From positions 173 to 64,172 of the forward strand of contig JALTWS010000011.1 of NCBI GenBank assembly GCA_027048495.1: a stretch of 64,000 bases of DNA. Reading direction: 5' to 3'. The DNA is from Candidatus Azambacteria bacterium. GTDB lineage: Bacteria > Patescibacteriota > Minisyncoccia > GWC2-36-17 > M10-OD1-4. Within the stretch, counting starts at the first letter, position 1, and each line of letters opens with the position of its first letter. Positions 38,959 through 47,076 of the stretch are shown piece by piece. Both the position numbers and the translations under genes were made by a program. The notes beneath the pieces are model-generated. The model did no database searches and was not told the DNA's origin. It saw nothing but the letters and a program-made list of their open reading frames with translations.

Positions 38959-40404
38959 ATGAAAAGAATCTACAAAATTTTTGTAAAGCCATTTGAATAT
39001 TTTTGGAACGGACTTGGAGCTGTTTTTTCTTTTTTGTTTAATCCAAAAGGAGAAAGGCAGAAAGCAGGCTATATTTTGATGCTTGTTTTTATTTTGTCTT
39101 TTTTTGCATTTTTTGTTGATTTTCCTTCATATTGGGACAAATCTGTTGGTTATATAAACGAAAAATTTCAAACAAACATACCAAACTTCAGAAATATTCC
39201 TTTTAGTTTAGGGCTTGACCTTCAAGGAGGAAGTTATTTGGTTTATGTTGCTGATATGACAAACATTCCAAAGCAAGAACAAAAGGAGGCAATAGACAGT
39301 ATGCGTGATGTTATAGAAAGAAGAGTAAATCTTTTTGGAGTTGCAGAGCCGGTTGTCAGAACATCTTTGGTTGGTGGAGAGTACAGGCTTATCGTTGAGC
39401 TTGCCGGAATAAAAAATGTTTCTGAGGCGATAAAAATGATAGGAGAAACCCCTTATTTGGAATTTAAAGAAGAAAGGGCGCAAAAAGAAACAGAAGAAAT
39501 ACTAAATGCGCAAAAAGAAGGCAAAAGGCTTGATGAGGATCCATACTTTAAGCCAACCAAGTTAAACGGAAAATATCTTGAAAATTCAGAAGTCACATTT
39601 GATCCAAACACATTTACTCCGGTAGTAAACCTATATTTTAATAGTGAAGGAGCAAAAATATTTGAAGAGCTTACAAAAAATAATGTAGGCAAAAGAATAG
39701 CAATATACCTTGATGGAGCTCCTATATCTGCTCCGGTTGTAAATGAGCCTATCATTGGAGGTAATGCTGTTATAAGCGGCGATTTCTCTGTTGATGAAGC
39801 AAAAGAGCTTGCCGGTAGGCTAAAGTCTGGCGCGCTTCCTGTTCCTATTGAGCTTATATCTCAACGGACAATTGATGCTTCTTTGGGTAAAGAAGATCTT
39901 CAAAAAAGCTTAAAAGCAGGAATTTGGGCGTTTGTTTTGATAGCCGTATTTATGATTGTTTGGTACAGAATTCCTGGTATATTGGCAGTTATATCGCTTT
40001 TGGTTTATTCTGTTTTGCTTCTTGCAATATTTAAACTTTTGCCGGTAACATTAACTCTTGCTGGAATTGCCGGATTTATATTGTCTTTGGGTATGGCAGT
40101 AGACGCAAACATACTTATATTTGCAAGAATGAAAGAAGAGTTCAAAACCGGCAAGCCTTTTGCTTTGGTTGTGCAGGATTCTTTTAAAAGGGCATGGCCA
40201 TCAATAAGGGATTCCAATTTATCTACGCTTATAACTTGCGTTATACTTTATATGTTCACTACCAGCTTAATTAAAGGATTTGCTTTAACTTTGTTTTTAG
40301 GGGTTTTGGTTTCTATGTTTTCTGCTGTATTTGTAACAAGGCTTTTACTTAAATTATTTTCAGGATTAAAATTAGAAAAAGGAAAATTTTTATGGTACAT
40401 GTAA
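38959..40404 (+). CDS. secD: Protein-export membrane protein SecD
   Basis: LGLDLQGGSYLVY motif, periplasmic P1 domain, 6 C-terminal TMs. Confidence 0.9.
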   Translation: MKRIYKIFVKPFEYFWNGLGAVFSFLFNPKGERQKAGYILMLVFILSFFAFFVDFPSYWDKSVGYINEKFQTNIPNFRNIPFSLGLDLQGGSYLVYVADMTNIPKQEQKEAIDSMRDVIERRVNLFGVAEPVVRTSLVGGEYRLIVELAGIKNVSEAIKMIGETPYLEFKEERAQKETEEILNAQKEGKRLDEDPYFKPTKLNGKYLENSEVTFDPNTFTPVVNLYFNSEGAKIFEELTKNNVGKRIAIYLDGAPISAPVVNEPIIGGNAVISGDFSVDEAKELAGRLKSGALPVPIELISQRTIDASLGKEDLQKSLKAGIWAFVLIAVFMIVWYRIPGILAVISLLVYSVLLLAIFKLLPVTLTLAGIAGFILSLGMAVDANILIFARMKEEFKTGKPFALVVQDSFKRAWPSIRDSNLSTLITCVILYMFTTSLIKGFALTLFLGVLVSMFSAVFVTRLLLKLFSGLKLEKGKFLWYM

Positions 40405-41309
40405 CAAAACACAGAAAGATATTTTATTGGATATCAGGCATTTTGGTTGGGCTTTCTGCTTTTGCTTTTTTCTCTTTTGGGCTTAATTTGGGGATTGATT
40501 TTACTGGCGGATCTTTGCTTTATGGGGAGTTTTCAAAAAAGCCTTTGGATAGAGAAGCTATAATTGATGTTTTGTCAGGCTATGGACTTTCTGATGTTGT
40601 TGTTCAAACATCTCCTGATGGTTCTGTCATCATAAAAATGAAAGAGATAGATGAAAAAACTCACCAAGATATATTAAAGTCGCTAAATGAAAAATCTGCT
40701 GAGCTTGAAGAGGGAAATGAATTTATCCAAAAAAGCTATGAATCAATTGGTCCTTCAATAAGTTCGGAATTAAGTTCAAAAGCAAAAAATGCAATTTTGT
40801 TTGTTTTGGTGGCTATAGTTTTGTTTGTTGCTTTTGCTTTCAGGAAGGTTTCTTATCCTTTGTCTTCTTTTAAATATGGGATTGCAACTCTTGCCGCTTT
40901 ATTTCATGATGTTGCAATACCAGTTGGCGTCTTTGCTTTTTTGGGGCAATACTATGGAGTAGAAGTTACAAGCGCATTTATTGCCGCTGTGCTTACTGTT
41001 TTGGGGTATTCAGTAAATGACACGATAGTTGTATTTGACAGAGTAAGAGAGAACCTTACAAGGCATATAGGAAAAGATTTTGAAGATACTGTAAATATAT
41101 CTGTTAATCAGACTTTTGTAAGATCTTTAAATACATCTTTGACTGTTGTTTTGGTTTTGCTTGCAATTTATTTTTTTGGCGGAGAATCTATAAAATATTT
41201 TGCCCTTGCCCTTATGATTGGAGTTATTTCAGGAACTTATTCTTCAATATTTATAGGAAGCAACCTTTTGGTTACTTTGGAAAAAATGCAAAACAAAAAC
41301 AAATCTTGA
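40392..41309 (+). CDS. secF: Protein-export membrane protein SecF
   Basis: GIDFTGGSLL motif, overlaps secD by 13 nt, 305 aa. Confidence 0.9.
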   Translation: MVHVTKHRKIFYWISGILVGLSAFAFFSFGLNLGIDFTGGSLLYGEFSKKPLDREAIIDVLSGYGLSDVVVQTSPDGSVIIKMKEIDEKTHQDILKSLNEKSAELEEGNEFIQKSYESIGPSISSELSSKAKNAILFVLVAIVLFVAFAFRKVSYPLSSFKYGIATLAALFHDVAIPVGVFAFLGQYYGVEVTSAFIAAVLTVLGYSVNDTIVVFDRVRENLTRHIGKDFEDTVNISVNQTFVRSLNTSLTVVLVLLAIYFFGGESIKYFALALMIGVISGTYSSIFIGSNLLVTLEKMQNKNKS

Positions 41310-41363
41310 CGTTGTAACAAGTTTGTGCTACTTTATAGATTACCCTAAAATATTTTTGGCATA

Positions 41364-42407
41364 ATGTTGGATATTATAAAAACAACTAACAATTTAATAA
41401 GCAAGCTTTCAAAAAAACAGCAGGACGTTTTGAAAAAAAGGTTTGGTCTTTCTGATGGAAGAAAAAGGACTTTAGAAGAGATAGGAAGAGAATACGGAAT
41501 AACAAGAGAGAGAGTAAGGCAAATAGAAAACGATGCAAAAAAAGCGCTTTTGAAGCAAGAGGAATTTTCTTTTTTGAGCCCTTTGTATGATGAAATTGAG
41601 ATGTTTATTGAACAAAAAGGAGGTTTTATTGTTGAGCATCATATTTTGGGATCTGATTTGTCTAGATTTTTTGGAAAAAACACAAAAGAAAAAAAAGCAG
41701 AAACTTATATGTATTTTTTGTTGTCAGTAAATCCTAAGTTTATAAAGCATCCAGAAACTCCAGATTTTCATAGCGTTTGGACAACCAAAAAATCAACTGT
41801 CCAGCTTGTAAAAAAATCTCTTGAAGCTTTAATAAAGAAAATGGAAAGCAAAAAAAACACGGTTTCCAAAGATGAGCTTATAAGCTTGCTTTCTGAATAT
41901 GTCTCTCACATAAAAGATCCAAATGCGCTTGAGTCTTACATTTGCGCATCAAAAAGCATAGGGTCAAATGTTTATGGGGATTATGGCCTTAAACATTGGC
42001 CTGAAATATCTACCAAAGGGGTAAGAGACAAAGCCTATTTGGTTTTAAAAAAGCATGGAAAGCCAATGCATTTTAGGTTTGTTGTTGATAAAATAAATGA
42101 AAAATTTAGCCAAAACGGAAAAAAAGCCCATCCACAAACGGTTCATAATGAACTTATAAAAGACAAAAAGTTTGTTTTGGTAGGAAGAGGAACTTATGCT
42201 TTGGCAGAGTGGGGGTACAAACCAGGAACCGTATCTGATGTCATAAAAAGGGTTCTTCAGGAGAGCGGAGAGCCAATGCATAAAGAAGAAATTATAAAGG
42301 CAGTTATGAAAGAAAGAGATGTTAAGGAAAATACTGTGTTGTTAAATTTGCAAAATAACCAAAATTTTGAGAAAATAGAAGATGGAAGATATATTTACAA
42401 AGCATAA
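41364..42407 (+). CDS. DNA-binding protein with sigma-70 region-4-like HTH plus two HARE-HTH-like domains
   Basis: N-terminus LSKKQQDVLKKRFGLSDGRKRTLEEIGREYGITRERVRQIENDAKKAL is sigma region-4-like; C-terminal ...GKPMHFRFVVDKI...VLVGRGTYALAEWGY and GEPMHKEEIIKAV...EDGRYIY are HARE-HTH-like. Confidence 0.45.
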   Translation: MLDIIKTTNNLISKLSKKQQDVLKKRFGLSDGRKRTLEEIGREYGITRERVRQIENDAKKALLKQEEFSFLSPLYDEIEMFIEQKGGFIVEHHILGSDLSRFFGKNTKEKKAETYMYFLLSVNPKFIKHPETPDFHSVWTTKKSTVQLVKKSLEALIKKMESKKNTVSKDELISLLSEYVSHIKDPNALESYICASKSIGSNVYGDYGLKHWPEISTKGVRDKAYLVLKKHGKPMHFRFVVDKINEKFSQNGKKAHPQTVHNELIKDKKFVLVGRGTYALAEWGYKPGTVSDVIKRVLQESGEPMHKEEIIKAVMKERDVKENTVLLNLQNNQNFEKIEDGRYIYKA

Positions 42408-42410
42408 TCT

Positions 42411-43661
42411 ATGGAGGTAAGTTTTTCAGATTTTTTAAACATTTTGACAAGCTGGGGATGGGTGGTTGCGCCTATCCTTCTTTTTTTGTTGTGGAAAGAG
42501 CTTTGGATGAATTATATAAAACTAAAATATGACTTGAGCTTAAATTGGGTTGTTTTGGAGATAAAGTTTCCTCAAGTTGTGGATCAATCTCCAAAATCAA
42601 TGGAACAAGTTTTTGCTGGGCTTTACTCAATAAAAAGCGGAGCGAATTTAATAGAAAAATACATACAAGGAAAGCATCAACCGGAAATATCTTTGGAGAT
42701 TGTAAGCATACAAGGAGCAATTCATTTTTTCGTTAGAACCCCTGATCAGTACGCTTCTTTGATAAGATCACAAATTCATGCACAGTATCATGATGCAGAT
42801 ATACAAGAAGTTGATGATTATACTTTTAATTTGCCAGTACAAATTCCAAATGAGGAGTATGACCTTTGGGGAACAGAACTCATTTTTACAAAAGAAGATG
42901 CCTATCCAATAAGGACATATAAGCATTTTAAAGAAGAAATCACAGCAGATGTTCAAGGAAGATATTTTGTTGATCCTATGGCATCTTTGATAGAGGTTTT
43001 ATCCGATATAGGAGAGGGGGAACAGATATGGATACATTATATGATAAGGCCAGCAAGCGATTATTGGCAAAAAAAAGGTAAAGATTTAATAGCAAGGATA
43101 ATGGGAACAAAAAAGAAAAAAACCACAAGCAATGTCCCTGAAGAGGTGTTTGAGTTTTTTCAGGATTTGATTGGAGTTTTTTTTGGAAAAGTTCCAGAGA
43201 ACAGAAAAAAAGTTTCAGAAGAAAAAAAAGAAGAAAAAAAACTTACTCCAGGAGAGCTTGAAGTTATAAAAATAATAGAAGACGGGCTTGACAAGCAAGG
43301 ATTTCATACAAACATAAGAATACTTTACATTGCTAAAAGAGATAAGTTCTCAAGAGCAATTATACCTGCTATTTTGGGAACTTTTAATCAGTTTTCTTCC
43401 TCTAACTTAAACGGATTTAGGCCAAATCCTAAGGTAACTCCGGGAGTTAACTACTTTTTTGTTAAGACAAGAGACTATTTAAGAAAAAGAAATTTATACA
43501 GAAAAGCAAGAAGGAAGCTGTTTGTAGGAGAGGGAATTATTTTAAATACAGAAGAGCTTGCAACTGTATATCATATTCCAAATGTTGTTGTTGAAACCCC
43601 TTCTTTACCAAAAGTGGAAGCAAAGAAAGTCCAACCTCCTTCTGAGCTTCCTACTTTATAA
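42411..43661 (+). CDS. Membrane-anchored hypothetical protein, partner of the downstream ATPase
   Basis: One N-terminal TM (WGWVVAPILLFLLW), 416 aa, K-rich linker; 4-nt gap from the upstream gene and 5-nt gap to the downstream ATPase (operon). Confidence 0.4.
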   Translation: MEVSFSDFLNILTSWGWVVAPILLFLLWKELWMNYIKLKYDLSLNWVVLEIKFPQVVDQSPKSMEQVFAGLYSIKSGANLIEKYIQGKHQPEISLEIVSIQGAIHFFVRTPDQYASLIRSQIHAQYHDADIQEVDDYTFNLPVQIPNEEYDLWGTELIFTKEDAYPIRTYKHFKEEITADVQGRYFVDPMASLIEVLSDIGEGEQIWIHYMIRPASDYWQKKGKDLIARIMGTKKKKTTSNVPEEVFEFFQDLIGVFFGKVPENRKKVSEEKKEEKKLTPGELEVIKIIEDGLDKQGFHTNIRILYIAKRDKFSRAIIPAILGTFNQFSSSNLNGFRPNPKVTPGVNYFFVKTRDYLRKRNLYRKARRKLFVGEGIILNTEELATVYHIPNVVVETPSLPKVEAKKVQPPSELPTL

Positions 43662-43666
43662 AAGTT

Positions 43667-45364
43667 ATGCAAGATATAATACCATTTGCAAAAACAAACT
43701 TTAGAAACAAAGATCAAATATTTGGAATAAAAACCGACGATAGAAGGCGGCATATGTATGTTATTGGAAAAACAGGAACAGGAAAGTCAACTCTTTTAAG
43801 AAATATGATGATATCAGATATAAGGACAGGCAATGGAGTGGCTGTTATTGATCCTCACGGAGAGTTTGCTGAATCTATACTTGATTATGTTCCAGAGCAT
43901 AGGATAGGCGATGTTGTTTATTTTAATCCGGCTGATATAGAAAATCCAATAGCTTTCAATATTGCAGAAAGCGTTGATCCTTCTCAAAGGCACTTGGTAG
44001 CTTCTGGGCTTATTGGTATATTTAAAAAACTTTGGGCAGACTCTTGGGGTCCTCGTCTTGAGTATGTTTTAAGAAATACTATTCTTGCGCTTTTAGAAGA
44101 TCCGGAAAGCACTCTTTTGGGTATTATGAGGATGCTTTCTGACAAAGAATATAGGAAAAGTGTTGTTGAAAAAGTTACTGATCCGGTTATTAAGGCGTTT
44201 TGGGAAGAAGAGTATGCAAAATATACCCAAAAATTTGAAGTTGAAGCAATAGCTCCAATTCAAAATAAGGTAGGACAATTTTTAACCAATCCTTTGATAA
44301 GAAATATAGTGGGTCAAAGAAAATCTGCTATAGATATAAGAAAAATAATGGATGAGAAAAAGATACTTGTGGTTAACTTATCAAAAGGAAGAATAGGAGA
44401 GGATACAGCAAAGCTTTTGGGAGCAATGATGATAACAAAAATTCAACTTGCCGCAATGTCAAGGATAGATACAGAAGAGGAAGAAAGGCAGGATTTTTTT
44501 GTTTACATAGATGAGTTTCAAAATTTTGCAACCGAATCTTTTGCCGACATTCTTTCAGAAGCAAGAAAATACAGGCTTAATTTGATACTTGCCCATCAAT
44601 ATATAAATCAGCTTGAAGACACTGGTGTAAAAGAAGCAGTTATGGGAAATGTTGGCACTTTAATCCTTTTTAGAATTGGAGCGGAGGATGCTGAATTTTT
44701 TGAAAAGGAATTTGCCCCTGATGTTGATGTTTACAGTCTTGTGAATCTGCCAAATCATAAAATATATCTTAAACTGATGATAAATGGAGTTGCTTCCAAA
44801 GCGTTTTCTGCAGATACACTTCCTCCAATTGCGCCAGAAAATATTAGCTTCAGGGAAAAAATAATAGAGCATTCCAAAAAAATGTACAGCTCAAAAAAAG
44901 ATGAGGTTGAAAAAGAGATATCTGAGTGGTCCAAGCCAGTGTCAGAAAAAGAAAAGGAAAAAAAGAATATAAAGATGTATAACGCAGAATGTTCAAGATG
45001 CAAAAAAGCAACTCAAGTGCCTTTTGAGCCGGATCCAGAAAGGGAGGTTTTTTGCAAGGAATGTTATGCAGATTTTCAAAGGGAACAGGCAAAAGCAAAA
45101 AACGAAGCAAAAAAGCAAAGCCAAAAAAAGATGCCAAAACTTCCAACTCCTGAAAGAAAAAACAAAATCCAAGAAGGACAAATAAAGATATTAAATGAAG
45201 AAGAAATAAAAAAAGAAGGGATTTCTTTGTCAGAAGCTTTAAGTATGGAGCCGATTATGTTTTCATCAAAAAAAGATCAAAAAGACAAAAAAAACAAAGA
45301 AGATAAAAATAAAGAAGAAAAATCTTCTGGAGTGCTAAAGCCGGGAGACACGCTAAAGTTTTAA
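43667..45364 (+). CDS. FtsK/HerA/VirD4-superfamily P-loop ATPase (T4SS coupling-protein-like / DUF87-like) with C-terminal Zn ribbon and K/E-rich tail
   Basis: Walker A GKTGTGKST at residue about 33, VIDPHGEF, Walker B FFVYIDEFQNFA, LILAHQYINQL (TraG/TraD-type motif), CSRCKK...CKECY zinc ribbon. Confidence 0.65.
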   Translation: MQDIIPFAKTNFRNKDQIFGIKTDDRRRHMYVIGKTGTGKSTLLRNMMISDIRTGNGVAVIDPHGEFAESILDYVPEHRIGDVVYFNPADIENPIAFNIAESVDPSQRHLVASGLIGIFKKLWADSWGPRLEYVLRNTILALLEDPESTLLGIMRMLSDKEYRKSVVEKVTDPVIKAFWEEEYAKYTQKFEVEAIAPIQNKVGQFLTNPLIRNIVGQRKSAIDIRKIMDEKKILVVNLSKGRIGEDTAKLLGAMMITKIQLAAMSRIDTEEEERQDFFVYIDEFQNFATESFADILSEARKYRLNLILAHQYINQLEDTGVKEAVMGNVGTLILFRIGAEDAEFFEKEFAPDVDVYSLVNLPNHKIYLKLMINGVASKAFSADTLPPIAPENISFREKIIEHSKKMYSSKKDEVEKEISEWSKPVSEKEKEKKNIKMYNAECSRCKKATQVPFEPDPEREVFCKECYADFQREQAKAKNEAKKQSQKKMPKLPTPERKNKIQEGQIKILNEEEIKKEGISLSEALSMEPIMFSSKKDQKDKKNKEDKNKEEKSSGVLKPGDTLKF

Positions 45365-45378
45365 TTAAAAAATAAAAA

Positions 45379-45411
45379 CCGCCCCCAAAAACATGCAGAG
45401 GGCGTTTTTTT
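45379..45411. terminator. Bidirectional terminator between the convergent ATPase and efp genes
   Basis: CGCCC-15-nt loop-GGGCG with T7 on the + strand and a T-rich tract on the - strand. Confidence 0.5.
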
Positions 45412-45982
45412 ATTTTGCTTTTTGTTTTCTTTCTATATATTCTCCGCTTTGAGTGTTTATTGTTATTATGTCGTCTTGGTTGATAAACAAAGGAACGCTT
45501 ATTGTGGCCCCGCTTTCTAGTTTTACCTGTTTTGTTCCGCCTTGTGCAGTGTCTCCTTTAATTGAAGGGGGAGCTTCAACTACTTTTAAGTCTATTTTTA
45601 TTGGAAGAGTTATTCCTATAACATTTCCGTTAAATTCATTTGCTTCAACTATTTGGTTTTCTTTTAAAAAAATTTTCTTTTTTCCTATCTGGTTCTCAGT
45701 TAGTTTAAATCTGTTTTTGGGGTTGTCTTGATCGCAAAACCAATACTCGCCTCTTTGTGTGTAAATAAATTTTACATTTTTTCTTGAAATTTCCGCCTCT
45801 TCTATTTTATCTCCTTGGTGAAAAGTATGGCTGAGCGTATTTTGGGTTATTAGGTTTCTCATCTTAACTTGAGCAACTGGCTTTCTTTGCTGCATTCTTA
45901 AAAACTCATACTCCAAAACTTCATAAGGCTCGCCTTTGTAAACCAAATATGTCCCGGGCTTAAGTTCGTTGTAGTTTAACAT
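45410..45982 (-). CDS. efp: Elongation factor P
   Basis: MLNYNELKPGTYLVYKGEPYEVLEYEF...KGDTAQGGTKQVKLESGATISVPLFI...TQSGEYIERK. Confidence 0.9.
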   Translation of the reverse strand: MLNYNELKPGTYLVYKGEPYEVLEYEFLRMQQRKPVAQVKMRNLITQNTLSHTFHQGDKIEEAEISRKNVKFIYTQRGEYWFCDQDNPKNRFKLTENQIGKKKIFLKENQIVEANEFNGNVIGITLPIKIDLKVVEAPPSIKGDTAQGGTKQVKLESGATISVPLFINQDDIITINTQSGEYIERKQKAK

Positions 45983-46065
45983 AATTTTTAAAGTTAATTT
46001 ATTTTATTTTTATATCAGAATGTTCAAAAAAAGTAAACTGATAATAGGGGAGCAACCCCAAAAAA

Positions 46066-46130
46066 CCCCTAAGGACAACCCTAGGAATAATCCTAGGAAT
46101 AATCCTAGGGATAATCCTAGGGATAATCAT
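46066..46130. repeat. CCTAGG(G/A)ATAAT 12-bp tandem repeats (5 units)
   Basis: CCTAAGGACAAC CCTAGGAATAAT CCTAGGAATAAT CCTAGGGATAAT CCTAGGGATAAT. Confidence 0.85.
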
Positions 46131-46159
46131 AAGAAAAAACATATCAACCACCAATAAAG

Positions 46160-46197
46160 TTACTTAACTTTCTCACGATCGTGAGAAAGTTAAGTAA
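46160..46197. repeat. 38-bp perfect palindrome, copy 1 (TTACTTAACTTTCTCACGATCGTGAGAAAGTTAAGTAA)
   Basis: Identical copies at 54218-54255 and 60187-60224. Confidence 0.9.
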
Positions 46198-46311
46198 ATG
46201 CTTATTAAATGAATGAATGTTTGATTATTTTATTTTTTATTTGACTTATATTGTTTAGTTAAATGAAAGTAAGGTTTTTAAATTTTTATTAGTTTTTTAA
46301 AAATTATAAAT

Positions 46312-46361
46312 TCAAAATAGTTAAAATAAAACACGATCGTGTTTTATTTTAACTATTTTGA
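46312..46361. repeat. 50-bp perfect palindrome sharing the CACGATCGTG core
   Basis: TCAAAATAGTTAAAATAAAACACGA|TCGTGTTTTATTTTAACTATTTTGA. Confidence 0.85.
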
Positions 46362-46492
46362 TATTGGTGTTTTTTTAAAGTAAAACTTTAAAGTGTGCTT
46401 GTTTTTATGTATGTTATTTGTATATATTATGAAAGTTTTGTTGCGCTAAAATCTTGTTTTTGGGGTTTTGTAGTGGTAAAATCAGATTTAAT

Positions 46493-47065
46493 ATGACTTT
46501 AAGCGACATAGAAAGACAAATAAAAGCGTGTCAAGAATGTCCTCTTGCAAAAACAAGAACAAATGCTGTTCCGGGAGAGGGTAATTTTTCTGCTGATATT
46601 GTTTTTTTGGGAGAAGGTCCCGGAAAAGACGAGGATTTACAAGGTCGTCCTTTTGTCGGGGCGGCCGGAAAATTTTTAACCCAAATGATAAAAAGCATAG
46701 GGTTAAAAAGAGAAGATGTTTTTATAACAAACATTGTAAAATGTCGACCTCCAAATAATCGGGATCCGGAAGATGATGAGGTTTCTGTCTGTACTGAGCT
46801 TTATTTGTGGCGCCAACTTGAGCTAGTAAATCCTATTTTGATAGCAACGCTAGGTAGGCACTCTATGCACCGGTTTTTGCCAAAAAATTTTAAAATATCC
46901 CAAATTCATGGCATACCAAAAAAAGTAACAAACAAAAAAACCGGCAAGACTTTCAACATCTTGCCTTTGTATCATCCAGCTGCCGCTTTGTATAACGGCG
47001 CCTTAAGAGAAACTTTGGAAAATGATTTTAAAAAAATACCAAAAATAATAGAGAAGTTAAGATAA
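46493..47065 (+). CDS. udg: Uracil-DNA glycosylase, family 4
   Basis: CQECPL...GEGPGKDEDLQGRPFVGAAGKFL (family-4 UDG Fe-S Cys motif and GEGPG); start set to ATG 46493 (MTLSDIERQIK). Confidence 0.85.
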   Translation: MTLSDIERQIKACQECPLAKTRTNAVPGEGNFSADIVFLGEGPGKDEDLQGRPFVGAAGKFLTQMIKSIGLKREDVFITNIVKCRPPNNRDPEDDEVSVCTELYLWRQLELVNPILIATLGRHSMHRFLPKNFKISQIHGIPKKVTNKKTGKTFNILPLYHPAAALYNGALRETLENDFKKIPKIIEKLR

Positions 47066-47076
47066 AATTTAAGTAT

